From the NCBI GenBank assembly GCA_965262915.1, contig OZ253564.1:384001-448000 (forward strand): a stretch of DNA of 64,000 nt. The letters are read 5' to 3'. Shown piece by piece: positions 19,381-30,669 of the stretch. Under the pieces are notes generated by a model. That model was given only the letters and a program-made list of their open reading frames with translations. It was not told the DNA's origin and made no database searches. A program made the position numbers and the translations under genes. This DNA is from Candidatus Spongiisociaceae bacterium (GTDB taxonomy: Bacteria; Actinomycetota; Acidimicrobiia; Spongiisociales; Spongiisociaceae). Each line of letters starts with the position of its first letter. Position 1 is the stretch's first letter.

Positions 19381-19643
19381 CGGCCTCCCCCTCGTTCCGG
19401 TACCGGATCGAACCCTCCCTTGGCCAAGGGGTGGCAACGCCCGATTCTCCTCAATCCGAGCCAGCTCCCCTTGAGGAAACCGTGCAGGCCCAACGCTTCG
19501 TGCGTGTAGCGTGAACACGACGGGACGAAGCGGCAGGAACTCGGGACCATCGGACCAACCGTGTGCTGGTACAACGTGATCAAGGACCGTCCCACCAAGG
19601 CCAGTGGGCCGGGTAGCGTTCGGGAAGAGTCAGTTCCGTTCAC
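19377..19643 (-). CDS. yidD: Membrane protein insertion efficiency factor
   Basis: [10 protein letters not shown]...RIGRCHP...GGFDPVP. Confidence 0.93.
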   Translation of the reverse strand: MNGTDSSRTLPGPLALVGRSLITLYQHTVGPMVPSSCRFVPSCSRYTHEALGLHGFLKGSWLGLRRIGRCHPLAKGGFDPVPERGGGR

Positions 19644-19971
19644 TTCGCTCGCCTTCCGCACTCGTTGCCGATATCGCCTCCTCCAGCCATCCGCACAAAG
19701 CACGAAAAGGCACGCCGGCCACCGCCGAGGATCCTATGACCACATAGTCGAACCCCGCTCGAAGCCCCACCTCGTTCAACGCCGCCCGCAAGCGCCGCTT
19801 GACACGGTTCCGTTTCACAGCCCGGCCGGCGCGCCGGCCGACGACCAGGCCGACCCTCGCGGGCCCGTCGGGGCGCTCCATTCCGATCACCGTGACCCCC
19901 CCTCGTCGGAACCTGACTCCATGACGCAGCACGGCATCGAATCGGGTCCGGCCGCTCAGCGAAGCGTGCAT
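19630..19971 (-). CDS. rnpA: Ribonuclease P protein component
   Basis: [15 protein letters not shown] motif. Confidence 0.93.
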   Translation of the reverse strand: MHASLSGRTRFDAVLRHGVRFRRGGVTVIGMERPDGPARVGLVVGRRAGRAVKRNRVKRRLRAALNEVGLRAGFDYVVIGSSAVAGVPFRALCGWLEEAISATSAEGERSERN

Positions 19972-20119
19972 CCGGGCGCCGCATTCCGCCTACGGCAACG
20001 TTCCAGTCCGCGGGGCGACCAGACTGCACACTTGGGGCAGCACGCTCCTTGATCGGCAGGGCGGCCTATGGGACTCTTCTTTGTCATCGTCCACAATATC
20101 TCGTCGGGGCGCGGTCAAC

Positions 20120-20254
20120 TCACGCGGCCAACCGTCGACGTCCTTTCCTGCGGCGGCGTTTGAGGATGGCGCGTCCCTGACGCGTCCGCGCCCGCCGGCG
20201 GAACCCGTGCTTGCGCTTCCGGCGGCGTCTGTTGGGTTGATAAGTACGCTTCAT
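20120..20254 (-). CDS. rpmH: 50S ribosomal protein L34
   Basis: [19 protein letters not shown], 44 aa. Confidence 0.97.
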   Translation of the reverse strand: MKRTYQPNRRRRKRKHGFRRRARTRQGRAILKRRRRKGRRRLAA

Positions 20255-20773
20255 GGGAATCTCCCTTGGGCTCCCCGTGGTGCGGGCATCCGGCGGCGCG
20301 GGTACCTGAGGCTTCCGGTAATAGCCGACACCCACCGGGGTGGCGAGGTAGCAGCCTAAGGTTACGTCCATCCGACCCGATTTGCAAAGGTTGAGAGTCC
20401 ACCGGCCGCTCTCCCCGAGCAGGTTCTCCTCGTGCTTCCTGGCTCGGGTCGGCCGCCGACCGTCTTGCTTTCCGGCAGGGCGCGAAGAAAATCCTTGGAA
20501 CGCGATAACTCTTCCGGCACCCTCCCAAAGTGACTACTTCGACTGCCCGATAGCCATCTACCTGGGATTTTACCGGATGCCGGAGTATTCGAGAGGTCGG
20601 ATTCGAACTCTTCGCATCCACAGTGGGACGGTCCGCGGCTGCGTATCATTTGCCTAGGCGGACCGAGGGTCCCGCATGAGCCTGACAACCACTTCCCGCG
20701 TGACAGTGGGTGCCCACGCGGTTCCCTGCTTGCAAATGAACATATTCGCGCAACGGATGCAGCGATCCTCGCG

Positions 20774-20807
20774 GTTCTCCACAGTTGTGGATATTGCTGT
20801 GGAGAAC
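20774..20807. promoter_or_regulatory. DnaA-box cluster upstream of dnaA
   Basis: TTCTCCACA, TGTGGATAT, TGTGGAGAA arranged as an inverted repeat. Confidence 0.7.
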
Positions 20808-20844
20808 TGATCGGGCATGGGCGCGTGGGAGGGGGTTCAAGAGA

Positions 20845-22206
20845 GTGGCAGAAGCACAGTTCGTCGCACCTAACGACCAGCTTGTAGCCGATCTTCGGTC
20901 GATAGTTCCCCCAACCAAGTGGAGTACGTGGTTCTCGTCGGTCCGCTTGGAGTTGACCGACAACGTGCTACGGGTCATCACCCCGTCCGAATTCCACATC
21001 CTGTGGCTACGTGATCACTACCAATCCCATATGGAGTCGATCGCCATCGATCACCTCGGCCCCGACGTCTCGGTCCAGTACGTGGTCGAACCTACCCCGA
21101 CTGAGGATCCCACACGTTTCGAGTGGCCGGCCCCGACCGATGCGCCGCCCCCCGTATCTCCCGATGCCCCACCGGAAGCGCGCTACGCGCCCCGGTTCCT
21201 GGGCAAATACGTCTTCGACAACTTCGTCGTCGGCCAGTCCAACCGGCTTGCCCTCGCCGCGGCCATGGCCGTATCGGAAAGACCAGGTCAGTACAATCCT
21301 CTCTTCATCTATGGAAGGGCCGGCCTCGGCAAGACCCACCTCCTGCACGCTATCGGGCACCACACCCGTCAAGCCAGGCCGGCAGCTTCCGTCCGGTACA
21401 TCACGTCCGAGAACTTCTTCAACGAATTCGTCGACTGTATCCGCCGCAAGCGCATGGATACCTTCAAACATCGCTACCGCACCATTGATCTCCTCCTCCT
21501 CGACGATATCCAGTTCTTCCGAGGCAAGGAGCAGATCCTCGAGGAGGTGTTCCATACCTTCAACACGCTCTACGAGTTGGGTAAGCAGATGGTGCTCTCG
21601 TGCGACCGCCTACCGAAGGACCTCGGCATCGAGGATCGCCTCCGGTCTCGCTTCCAATGGGGACTCATGGCCGATATCGGGCCGCCCGACGTCGAGACCC
21701 GCCTCGCGATCCTCCAGCGGATCGCCGAATACGCCCCCGCGCCCCTGCCGCACGAGGTTTTGGAGTTCATCGCCCGCCATGTGACGGACAACATCCGGGA
21801 ACTCGAGGGTGCCCTGACCAAGGTCACCGCATTCGCCGGGCTGACCAACCAGCCGATCACGCTCGAACTGGCCCAATCCCAACTCCGCGATCTCTTGCCC
21901 ACCACGCCCGGACGCCCCCCGACCGGGGAGGAGATCATGGCCGTGGCCGCCATGTCCTACGGATTCTCGGTAACGGAGCTACAAGGACCCAGTCGCCGCC
22001 AACCATTGGTCCTCGCCCGGCAGATCGCCATGTACCTCTGCCGCGATCTCACCGACCTCTCACTCCCCAAGATCGGCAAGATCTTCGGCGGGCGGGACCA
22101 CACCACGGTCATCCATGCCAATACAAAGATCACCCGGCTGCTGGTCTCCGATCCGGACATCGCCCGACAGGTATCACAGCTGTCGACAAAGCTGTGTTCA
22201 TCATGA
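20845..22206 (+). CDS. dnaA: Chromosomal replication initiator DnaA
   Basis: FDNFVVG, YNPLFIYG..GLGKTHL, DDIQF, GGRDHTTV; GTG 20845 with GGAGG. Confidence 0.98.
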   Translation: MAEAQFVAPNDQLVADLRSIVPPTKWSTWFSSVRLELTDNVLRVITPSEFHILWLRDHYQSHMESIAIDHLGPDVSVQYVVEPTPTEDPTRFEWPAPTDAPPPVSPDAPPEARYAPRFLGKYVFDNFVVGQSNRLALAAAMAVSERPGQYNPLFIYGRAGLGKTHLLHAIGHHTRQARPAASVRYITSENFFNEFVDCIRRKRMDTFKHRYRTIDLLLLDDIQFFRGKEQILEEVFHTFNTLYELGKQMVLSCDRLPKDLGIEDRLRSRFQWGLMADIGPPDVETRLAILQRIAEYAPAPLPHEVLEFIARHVTDNIRELEGALTKVTAFAGLTNQPITLELAQSQLRDLLPTTPGRPPTGEEIMAVAAMSYGFSVTELQGPSRRQPLVLARQIAMYLCRDLTDLSLPKIGKIFGGRDHTTVIHANTKITRLLVSDPDIARQVSQLSTKLCSS

Positions 22207-22399
22207 CCGTTATCCCCAACCGGCGGATCCCGACGACTCACCCCCTGGATAACCAGATCCGGTATCCACTGGACCAGCACACGTTCAAAACCCTATCTAA
22301 CAGGGGAAAGCTATTATTTATCCACATTCCACAGCCCCTACAACTACTACGAAGATGAAAAGAAAACAATCAGAAGTTGAGAAAGGAACCGGGTAAGCT
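22207..22399. other. oriC: oriC: DnaA boxes, GC clamp and DnaA-trios
   Basis: TTATCCACA 22318-22326, then TTCCACA, GCCCC, CTA-CAA-CTA-CTA trios and an A-rich tract; further box-like sites TTATCCCCA and TGGATAA. Confidence 0.88.
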
Positions 22400-23485
22400 G
22401 TGCAAATCCGAGCTGATCGGGACGATCTGGCCGAGGCCTTCGGTCGTGCGAACCGGGGGGTAGGCGTCAAGTCCGCCCTGCCGATCCTCCAAGGGGTCCT
22501 CTGCCAAGCGACGGGCAACAAACTGCGGGTCACCGGGAGCGATACCGAGGTGACCGTACGGACCTCGGTAGAGGTCGAGGTGATGCAGGAGGGCACCTTC
22601 GTCGTGCCGGGTCGGCTCATGACCGACGCGATCCGCCGAATGCCGGAGGGGGTGGTGAGCATCCGGTCCGGTGACGGGGAGGTGGAACTGTCGGGGAACG
22701 GTCCCCGGTTCACCATCCGGCAGATGGCGATCGACGACTATCCGGACTTACCTGAACCTGACCTAGCGGGCGGGGTGGAGGTAGACGGGGATGCGCTGGT
22801 GGCCGCTATCGCTCAGGTGGTGGTGGCCGCCTCGAGCGATTCCGGCCGACCCATCCTGACGGGGGTGCTCATCGAGAAGGCCGAGGAAGGTCTGCGGCTG
22901 GTGGCTACGGACAGTTACCGGCTGGCGGTGCGGGACCTGGCCGATGTGCAGATCGACGGTTCCGGTCTCGTGCCGGCCCGGGGTCTGCGAGAGCTGAGCC
23001 GTACGGTTGCATCGACAGTGATAAGAGTGGCCATCAGGGACCGGGAGGCGGTGTTTGCGTCGGAGCGAGGTTCCCTGAGTATCCGGTTGATCGAAGGGAC
23101 CTTTCCGAATTACCGGCAGCTACTCCCGCAGCAGTATCCGAACGAGGTGCTAATGCGCAAGGACCGCTTGCTGGAGGCGCTGGGCCGGGCGTCGCTCGTC
23201 GCCGAGGATCACATCCCGATTCGGCTGAAGCTGACCGACGGTGGTGTGAACCTGGCGGTTAGCCGCCGGGATGTCGGCGGTGAGGCCGAGCTGATAGAGG
23301 GGGAGTACCGAGGTGAGGAGGACGAGGTCGACATCGCCTTCAACTGGCGCTACCTGAGCGACGGTGTGTCGGTGATGGCGGGCGACCGGGTGCGGATGGA
23401 GGTGGTGGACAGTTTCAAGCCGAGCATCCTGAGGGCCGACGGACGGGACGACTTCCTCTACCTGCTCATGCCGGTTCGGGTCTGA
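22400..23485 (+). CDS. dnaN: DNA polymerase III beta clamp
   Basis: LPILQG, ATDSYRL, FPNYRQL, YLLMPVR. Confidence 0.97.
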   Translation: MQIRADRDDLAEAFGRANRGVGVKSALPILQGVLCQATGNKLRVTGSDTEVTVRTSVEVEVMQEGTFVVPGRLMTDAIRRMPEGVVSIRSGDGEVELSGNGPRFTIRQMAIDDYPDLPEPDLAGGVEVDGDALVAAIAQVVVAASSDSGRPILTGVLIEKAEEGLRLVATDSYRLAVRDLADVQIDGSGLVPARGLRELSRTVASTVIRVAIRDREAVFASERGSLSIRLIEGTFPNYRQLLPQQYPNEVLMRKDRLLEALGRASLVAEDHIPIRLKLTDGGVNLAVSRRDVGGEAELIEGEYRGEEDEVDIAFNWRYLSDGVSVMAGDRVRMEVVDSFKPSILRADGRDDFLYLLMPVRV

Positions 23486-23615
23486 CGACGATGCCGGGAA
23501 GGACTCGCCACGAGTGCAGGATCGGTGCACGCGCCGGGGGCGTCGGCGGTAGTGATCTTGCGACGTGCTTCTCCGTATCCACCTGACCGGCCACTGATTC
23601 GGGGAGTGCGTCGCG

Positions 23616-24707
23616 GTGCGCATGGCGTGGTTGGAGTTGGTGGACTTTCGGAGCTACGAGCGGCTGCGGTGGGAACCGGATCGGGGGGTCAACGTCCTGG
23701 TGGGGAGGAACGCGGTGGGCAAGACGAATCTGCTGGAGGGTATCGGCTACCTGGCCTCGCTCCGGTCCTTCCGTAAGGTAGGGGACAAGGTTCTGATCCG
23801 GAACGGCGCGGAGCGGGCTGTCATAAGGGGAGAGGTGGTCGGGGACAACAGTTCCACCCTGATCGAGGTGGAGGTCCCGCGGGCGGGGCGACGGCGGGCA
23901 CAGGTCAACCGGAGCCGGCTGGGCCGGCTGGGCGACTTGCTCGGCAAGGTGCGGAGTGTCACCTTCCTGCCCGACGATCTGGACCTGATCAAGCGGGGAC
24001 CGGCCTACCGGCGCGATCTGCTGGACACGGTCGCCGTGCAGTTGTGGCCGGGGGCACATCGGGATCAGCGGGACTACGAGCGAGCGCTGAGGCAACGCAA
24101 CAACCTGCTCAAGCAGATGGGGCGTGCTACGGATCCGGTTTCCCTGGAGGTATGGGACGACAGGTTGGCCCAGGCCGGGGGGCGGGTGATGGCGAGGAGA
24201 GCCGCCACCATCCGGGCCGTCGAGCGTCGCACGGGTGCGGTCTACCGTGAGTTGTCGGGTGATCGGACCAAGGTGAGGATCGACTACCGATCGAGGTGGC
24301 GCGCCGAGACGGCCCTCGACTCGGCGGGTTGGGGGACGGCCTTGCGAGAGGCGCTGCGGATGGCCCGGCCGGCCGACTTGGAGCGCCGCCTGTCCACGGT
24401 AGGCCCGCACCGCGACGAAGTGGTCCTGCTGCTCGACGACCGGGACTCTCGGATCCGCGCCAGCCAGGGGGAACAGCGCACCCTCACGCTCGCGCTGCGG
24501 CTGGCGGCCCATCGGGCGGTGGAGGAAAGCATCGGGGATGTACCGCTCCTGCTGCTCGATGATGTGTTCTCGGAACTGGATCCGTACCGGGCGGCCGCAC
24601 TCGCGGGGGCGCTGCCCGTTGCCCAGACTTTCGTCACCACCGCCCGCCACGAGGAGGTTCCGCTCGGTGGTCGAAGCTGGAAGCTGGCCCACGGGGTGTG
24701 GCGGTGA
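23616..24707 (+). CDS. recF: DNA replication/repair protein RecF
   Basis: GRNAVGKTN, GPHRD, SQGEQR, LLLDDVFSELD. Confidence 0.97.
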   Translation: MRMAWLELVDFRSYERLRWEPDRGVNVLVGRNAVGKTNLLEGIGYLASLRSFRKVGDKVLIRNGAERAVIRGEVVGDNSSTLIEVEVPRAGRRRAQVNRSRLGRLGDLLGKVRSVTFLPDDLDLIKRGPAYRRDLLDTVAVQLWPGAHRDQRDYERALRQRNNLLKQMGRATDPVSLEVWDDRLAQAGGRVMARRAATIRAVERRTGAVYRELSGDRTKVRIDYRSRWRAETALDSAGWGTALREALRMARPADLERRLSTVGPHRDEVVLLLDDRDSRIRASQGEQRTLTLALRLAAHRAVEESIGDVPLLLLDDVFSELDPYRAAALAGALPVAQTFVTTARHEEVPLGGRSWKLAHGVWR

Positions 24708-25132
24708 CCGGCCGATGGTCCAGGGACCGGGTGGAGTGGGCCCTCGTGCACTTCGAGGAGGAGGAGGCGCGCGCGCTCCGGCTCATCTGGGAGGATGCGG
24801 AGCGACGGCGGGAAGAGGAGCGGACGGAGGGGATGGTGATCGTGCCGGACGCTGTCGGCACGATCATGTCGCGGCTGGGACTGCCGTCGATCGGGCTGCT
24901 CGAGGAGTTGACCCGCCGGTGGGAGGAGTTGGCCGGGCCGCAATGGGGTTCCCACGCAGCACCGATCGTGGTAAGACATGGCGAGTTGCTGGTGGAGGCC
25001 TCCGACCGTCGGATAGTGCGGCGTCTCCGTCACGACACGGCCCGACTGGTGGACCGGTTGGCCGAACACTTCGGTACCGGCTTCGTCAGGAAGGTGAGAG
25101 TGGTGAGCCCACCCGGACGGAGGGGCTGGTGA
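24698..25132 (+). CDS. dciA: DciA/DUF721 family protein
   Basis: Position between recF and gyrB; W..LAG...H..P...GELLV pattern; start uncertain. Confidence 0.75.
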   Translation: MAVTGRWSRDRVEWALVHFEEEEARALRLIWEDAERRREEERTEGMVIVPDAVGTIMSRLGLPSIGLLEELTRRWEELAGPQWGSHAAPIVVRHGELLVEASDRRIVRRLRHDTARLVDRLAEHFGTGFVRKVRVVSPPGRRGW

Positions 25133-25341
25133 CAGTCGATGAGTGATCCTATCGAATACCCTGGTCAGAGGGCATTTCCTGCTATCTGGAGACCGCTGGC
25201 CGAACCTTGGAATGGTCGCTCGTGTCAACTAGAATCGACGGTATCGGCGCAGGTCGCCCGACAGGGCTTTAAGCGGTCCTGCGCCCAGGGCCGGAACGGC
25301 CGACCGCCCCGGACACAGGGGATGACTATCGAGGGAAGAGC

Positions 25342-27252
25342 GTGACTGCGAAGCCGTCGTCGAGCTATGGCGCCAAGGACATCAAGGTCCTCCCGGGCCT
25401 GGAAGCCGTACAGCGGCGACCGGGGATGTACATCGGAACGACGGGTCCCCGCGGGCTCCATCATCTGGTGTGGGAGGTGGTGGACAACTCGGTGGATGAG
25501 GCCATGGCGGGGTTTGCCAGCCGCATGGATGTGGTTCTCCAGGCCGACGGCGGTTGCCGGGTGGCCGACAACGGGCGTGGCATCCCCGTGGCGCGACACG
25601 CGCTGACTCGCAAATCGGCTCTGACCACGGTTCTCACCACCCTGCATGCGGGCGGCAAGTTCGAGGAGGGCGCCTATACGGTGTCGGGCGGCCTGCACGG
25701 GGTGGGCGTATCGGTGGTCAACGCCCTGTCCTGTCGCCTGGAGGCGGAGGTGGTACGGGACGGGTTCCGCTGGTCGCAGGCCTTCATGAAAGGCAAGCCT
25801 GTGACGGCCGGTGTCCAGAAGGGCCGGGCCGCTCGCCGCACGGGGACCATCATCACCTTCTGGCCCGATCCCGACGTGTTCACCGATACGGTGCGCTTCG
25901 CCTACGGCACCGTGTCCCAGCGCCTCCGCGAGCTGGCCTTCCTGAATCGCGGTCTGGAGGTGCGGCTGACCGACGAGCGGGAGGGCGGCCGCTCCGACAC
26001 TTTCTGTTACGAGGGCGGCATCCGTGATTTCATCCTGCATCTCAACGGCCCCAGGGAGGCCCTCCACGGCCGGGTGATGTATCTGGACGACGTGGGGGAG
26101 GAGGCCGAACTGGAGGTGGCCATGCAATGGACCACTTCCTTCAACGAGAACGTGCTGAGCTTCGCCAACAACATCAACACGCACGAGGGCGGTACCCACG
26201 AGGAGGGCTTCCGGACCGCGCTGACCAAGGCCATAAACGACTTCGCCCGCTCCAAGAACCTCCTGAAGGAGAAGGACAGCAACCTCGGCGGGGAGGATGT
26301 CCGGGAGGGGCTGACCGCGGTGATCTCGATCAAGGCCCGCAATCCCCAGTTCGAAGGCCAGACCAAGACCAAGCTGGGGAACACCGAGATCCGCAGTTAC
26401 GTCCAGAAGTCCCTCAACCGGATGCTGCCGGAGTGGCTGGAGCGGCACTCGGCGGACGCCCGCAGGATCGTCGAGAAGGCCCGCCAGGCCCAGCACGCCC
26501 GCGAGGCGGCCCGCAACGTCCGGGACGTGATCCGCCGCAAGTCCCTGCTGGACTCCTCCCGGCTGCCCGGCAAGCTGGTGGATTGTTCCTTGCGGGACCC
26601 GGAACGGGCCGAGCTCTTCATTGTGGAGGGGGACTCGGCGGCGGGTCCGGCCAAGAACGGGAGAGACTCCAGCTTCCAGGCGGTCCTACCGATCCGGGGC
26701 AAGATCATCAACGTCGAGAAGGCTCGCCTCGCCAGGGCCTTGCAGAACAAGGAGATACAGGCCCTCATCACCGCTATCGGCACCGGGATCGGCGAGGACT
26801 TCGAGATCGCCAAGGCCCGGTACCACAAGGTGATCCTGCTCACCGACGCCGACGTGGACGGTGCCCATATCCGGACTCTGCTGCTCACCTTCTTCTTCCG
26901 ACACATGCAACCGCTGATAGAGGCGGGGTACATGTACATAGCGGTGCCGCCCCTCTACCGCGTCAAGATCGGGCGGCGGGTTCACTACCTGGCCGACGAC
27001 GCCGCACTGGAAGCCTTCAAGGCCGGCCACCCCAAGGCCCGACCCACCAGGTTCAAGGGACTGGGGGAGATGAATGACGAGGAGTTGGGCGAGACGGCCC
27101 TCGATCCCGAGAGCCGCACCCTGGTCCAGGTCGAGATGGTCGACGCCGCCCACGCCGATGAGATCTTCTCGACCCTCATGGGCGGGGATGTGGCGGCCCG
27201 GAAGAGTTTCATCCAGCAGAACGCGGGCGATGTGCGCTTCCTGGACATCTGA
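25342..27252 (+). CDS. gyrB: DNA gyrase subunit B
   Basis: RPGMYIG, EVVDNSVDE, LHAGGKF, VEGDSA, DADVDG, RFKGLGEM. Confidence 0.98.
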   Translation: MTAKPSSSYGAKDIKVLPGLEAVQRRPGMYIGTTGPRGLHHLVWEVVDNSVDEAMAGFASRMDVVLQADGGCRVADNGRGIPVARHALTRKSALTTVLTTLHAGGKFEEGAYTVSGGLHGVGVSVVNALSCRLEAEVVRDGFRWSQAFMKGKPVTAGVQKGRAARRTGTIITFWPDPDVFTDTVRFAYGTVSQRLRELAFLNRGLEVRLTDEREGGRSDTFCYEGGIRDFILHLNGPREALHGRVMYLDDVGEEAELEVAMQWTTSFNENVLSFANNINTHEGGTHEEGFRTALTKAINDFARSKNLLKEKDSNLGGEDVREGLTAVISIKARNPQFEGQTKTKLGNTEIRSYVQKSLNRMLPEWLERHSADARRIVEKARQAQHAREAARNVRDVIRRKSLLDSSRLPGKLVDCSLRDPERAELFIVEGDSAAGPAKNGRDSSFQAVLPIRGKIINVEKARLARALQNKEIQALITAIGTGIGEDFEIAKARYHKVILLTDADVDGAHIRTLLLTFFFRHMQPLIEAGYMYIAVPPLYRVKIGRRVHYLADDAALEAFKAGHPKARPTRFKGLGEMNDEELGETALDPESRTLVQVEMVDAAHADEIFSTLMGGDVAARKSFIQQNAGDVRFLDI

Positions 27253-27261
27253 GCGGGGGGA

Positions 27262-29709
27262 GTGCCTGTGAGCGATCGCATAACCGAGAGCGGGTCTCCG
27301 CCCGGCCGCGTGGTCGATATCAACGAGGAGATGGCCCGCTCCTTCGTGGAATACGCCATGTCGGTAATCGTCTCCCGGGCGTTGCCGGACGTGCGGGACG
27401 GGCTCAAGCCTGTGCAGCGGCGGATCATCTACGCCATGGACGACATGGGCGTACGTCCGAGAGCTTCGCACCGCAAGTCGGCCACCGTGGTGGGTGAAGT
27501 GATCGGTAAGTACCACCCCCATTCCAACGACGCCATCTACGACGCCTTGGTGCGGATGGGCCAGTCGTTCTCCCTCCGGTACCCGCTGATCCATCCGCAG
27601 GGCAACTTCGGGACTAGCGACGACCCGCCCGCGGCTATGCGCTACACGGAGTGCCGGCTGGCGGAGTTGGCGGCGGTGCTCCTGGACGGGATAGACGAGG
27701 ACACGGTCGACTTCGCGGACAACTTCGACGGGTCGGAGTCCGAGCCCGTGGTCCTCCCGTCCCGGTTCCCCAACCTGCTGGTGAACGGATCCCAGGGGAT
27801 CGCGGTGGGTATGGCGACCAACATCCCGCCCCACAACCTGGACGAGATCGTCGAGGCCTGCCTCTACGGACTGGAGCATCCCGACGCCGGCCCCGAGGAC
27901 TACCTTTCCATCGTCAAGGGTCCCGACTTCCCGACCGGTGGGTACGTGGTGGGCACCAAGAAAGTCCGCCAAGCCCTGGTGTCGGGCCGGGGGTCCGTCA
28001 AGATGCGAGCGGTCACCGACATAGAGCAGACCCGCAAGGGCCGGACCGCCATCGTCGTGACCGAGCTGCCCTATCAGGTGGGCCAGGACCGGGTCATGGA
28101 GCGGATCGCCCACCTCGTACAGCAGAAGACACTGACCGACATCGCCGATCTGCGCAACGAGTCGTCGTCCCGAGTCGGGGTACGTCTGGTCATCGAGCTC
28201 AAGAAGCGAGCCGTCCCCAGGGTGGTGCTGAACCAGCTGTTCAAACACACCAAGCTTCAGGATACGTTCGGGGTCAATGCGGTGGCTCTGGTCGACGGGG
28301 TGCCCCGGACGCTGAGCGTGGCCGAGATGGTCCATTACTTCCTGGACCATCAGATGGAGGTCATCGAGCGCCGGACCCGCTACCGGCTCGACCGGGCCCT
28401 GGCCAGGGCCCACATCCTCGAGGGCCTGATCGTGGCGGTCGACAATATCGACGAGGTGATCGCCATCATCCGTCGGAGCCGGGACGCGGAACGGGCCAGG
28501 TTGGCTCTGATGGAGCGGTTCCCGCTGTCGGAGATCCAGGCCCGGGCCATTCTCGACATGCCGCTGCGCCGCCTCACCTCGCTCGAAACCGCCAAGCTCC
28601 GGGCCCAGCACGCCGCCCTCCAGGAGTTGATCGCCGACCTGAGGGGGATCCTGGCGGACCCGGCCCTCCGCCGGGAGATCATCGCCGCGGATCTGGCCGC
28701 CACCCGAAAGGCCCATGGGGACCCGCGCCGCACCCGGATCCTCCCGGCCGAGGCCGAGCTGTCCCTCGAGGACCTGATCGCCGACGACGAGTTGATCGTC
28801 ACGGTATCCGCCAAGGGCTATGTCAAATCGGTCAAGGCCGCCACCTACCGGTCGCAGGGTCGCGGCGGGAGGGGGGTGAAGGCGGCTGCCCTGCGGGATG
28901 ACGACTACCTGACCCATGTCATCCACACCACCGCTCTCGCCTACCTGCTGTTCTTCACCAACCGGGGCCGGGTGTACCGCGTTCGGGCGCACGAGATCCC
29001 CCGCAAGGCCCGCACCGCCAGGGGGGTGCTCGCCCAGGGGGTGTTGCCCCTCGAGCCGGAGGAACGCATCGAGGCGCTGGTGGACACCCGCGACTACGAG
29101 TCCTTCAAGTACATGGTCATCGTCACCAAGAGGGGAAAGGTCAAGCGGACCGCATTCCGGGAGTACGACAGCCGTAACACGAGGCTGGTGGCGATAAGCC
29201 TGACCACCGACGACGAGGTGGTGGCGGTTCGCTCAACCGACGGGAACAGCGACATCCTCCTCTTTACCCGTCAGGGGTTGGGAATCCGGTTTTCCGAGGA
29301 CGACATCCGGCCTATGGGCCGGTCGACGCGGGGCGTCAGGGGCATCAAACTCGATCAGGACGACGAGGTGGTGGGAGCAGGGGTTACCTTGGACGGTAAC
29401 GAGATGCTGTTGGTCACCTCGGGTGGCTACGGGAAGCGCACCAAGGTGGACGCTTTCAGGCCCCAGAAGAGAGACGGCAGGGGCTTGAAAGCCATCAACC
29501 TCTCGGCGGCGCGCGGGAAACTCGTCGGGGCCCACGCGGTAACGGAGGGGAGCGAGGTGTTCGTGGTCTCGTCGGAAGGGATCGCCATCAGAATGGAGAC
29601 GGACTCGATCAGCCGCCAGGGTAGGTACACCATCGGGGTCAAGGTGATGAACCTCCCGGAGGGTGCCCGGGTCAGCTCGTTCGCTCTCGTGCCGAAGGAC
29701 AAGCAGTGA
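27262..29709 (+). CDS. gyrA: DNA gyrase subunit A
   Basis: [24 protein letters not shown], GyrA-box QGRGGRG. Confidence 0.98.
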   Translation: MPVSDRITESGSPPGRVVDINEEMARSFVEYAMSVIVSRALPDVRDGLKPVQRRIIYAMDDMGVRPRASHRKSATVVGEVIGKYHPHSNDAIYDALVRMGQSFSLRYPLIHPQGNFGTSDDPPAAMRYTECRLAELAAVLLDGIDEDTVDFADNFDGSESEPVVLPSRFPNLLVNGSQGIAVGMATNIPPHNLDEIVEACLYGLEHPDAGPEDYLSIVKGPDFPTGGYVVGTKKVRQALVSGRGSVKMRAVTDIEQTRKGRTAIVVTELPYQVGQDRVMERIAHLVQQKTLTDIADLRNESSSRVGVRLVIELKKRAVPRVVLNQLFKHTKLQDTFGVNAVALVDGVPRTLSVAEMVHYFLDHQMEVIERRTRYRLDRALARAHILEGLIVAVDNIDEVIAIIRRSRDAERARLALMERFPLSEIQARAILDMPLRRLTSLETAKLRAQHAALQELIADLRGILADPALRREIIAADLAATRKAHGDPRRTRILPAEAELSLEDLIADDELIVTVSAKGYVKSVKAATYRSQGRGGRGVKAAALRDDDYLTHVIHTTALAYLLFFTNRGRVYRVRAHEIPRKARTARGVLAQGVLPLEPEERIEALVDTRDYESFKYMVIVTKRGKVKRTAFREYDSRNTRLVAISLTTDDEVVAVRSTDGNSDILLFTRQGLGIRFSEDDIRPMGRSTRGVRGIKLDQDDEVVGAGVTLDGNEMLLVTSGGYGKRTKVDAFRPQKRDGRGLKAINLSAARGKLVGAHAVTEGSEVFVVSSEGIAIRMETDSISRQGRYTIGVKVMNLPEGARVSSFALVPKDKQ

Positions 29710-29746
29710 CGAGCCGGATGGTCATCGCCGGGCGGTCCGCCCCCGG

Positions 29747-30205
29747 ATGATCGGAGCGGTGGACTCATCCGGAGCAGGCCAGGCGACCACCAGGCGCCGA
29801 GTCCGGAGGATCCTGCGCAAGTTCGACCCGTGGACCGTTTTCAAGGTGGCCTCGGTGCTGTCCGCGCTGGCCGCCCTCGGGTTGGTGCTGCTGTCGGTGA
29901 TCGTCTGGGCGGTGATAAGCCGGCTCGGTCTTACCCCCGCCCTGGACTCCGCCGCCGAGCGGGTGGCGCTGATCGAGCCGGGTGCTTCCCTGTTCAAGAC
30001 AGGCGCCGAGTACCTGCGCGGCATGGTGCTGCTGGCGGGTAGCTGGATGATGGGCGCCACGTTGGCGGTCACCGTAGGGTCGGTCCTCTACAACCTGGGC
30101 GCCGAGCTGGTCGGGGGGATCGAGTTCACCGTGTACGAGGAGGTTCCGGTGGAGGCACCCGGTTCCGGTGAGGGCGGCGCAGCGGGATTCGGGAGCAGCT
30201 TCTGA
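29747..30205 (+). CDS. DUF3566-like membrane protein (copy 1)
   Basis: RRVRRILRKFDPWTVFK...LYNL...GGIE; typical position after gyrA. Confidence 0.82.
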   Translation: MIGAVDSSGAGQATTRRRVRRILRKFDPWTVFKVASVLSALAALGLVLLSVIVWAVISRLGLTPALDSAAERVALIEPGASLFKTGAEYLRGMVLLAGSWMMGATLAVTVGSVLYNLGAELVGGIEFTVYEEVPVEAPGSGEGGAAGFGSSF

Positions 30206-30669
30206 TGGCCACCGTCCGGCGCGTCCGCCGGGTGATCCGCAAGTTCGATCCGTGGACGGTCTTCAAGCTCTCGCTCCTCCTCCATGTGGTGTTCGCGCTG
30301 GCCACCCTGATCGGGTTGGTCATCCTGTGGTCGTTGATGGTCAGGGTCGGTATCCCAGAGGCTCTGGACCGGTTCCTGGCCCTCATCAGCCTCATAGAAG
30401 ACGGCACCGTCTTCTTCAACAACGGCAGCAGGTTCATGCGGGTGGCGGTGTTCTTCTCGGTGGTGTTCGGCATCACGATGACCCTGCTCTCCACCCTGGC
30501 GGCGGTCTTCTACAACCTCACGTCGGACGTGGTCGGGGGTGTGGAGGTGGTGATGCTGGAGGAGACCCTCCGAGTACCGTCACCACCCGAACAGGCACCG
30601 GCCTACGCAGTGCCGACCGCGGTAGCCGTTCCCCAGGATCAGGCGGATCTGCCCACGATGCCCCACTAG
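30205..30669 (+). CDS. DUF3566-like membrane protein (copy 2)
   Basis: RRVRRVIRKFDPWTVFK...FYNLTSDVVGGVEV. Confidence 0.85.
   Translation: MATVRRVRRVIRKFDPWTVFKLSLLLHVVFALATLIGLVILWSLMVRVGIPEALDRFLALISLIEDGTVFFNNGSRFMRVAVFFSVVFGITMTLLSTLAAVFYNLTSDVVGGVEVVMLEETLRVPSPPEQAPAYAVPTAVAVPQDQADLPTMPH

Noticed and set aside
19972-20119. Unusually long rpmH-rnpA spacer as an ncRNA
   Set aside because: No recognisable motif, repeat match or convincing structure by eye.
26686-28992. Long antisense and alternate-frame ORFs (also 2651-4048, 5316-6737, 25225-26496, 32605-34149 and others)
   Set aside because: These are shadow ORFs expected in high-GC DNA, overlapping well-supported genes and lacking recognisable motifs.
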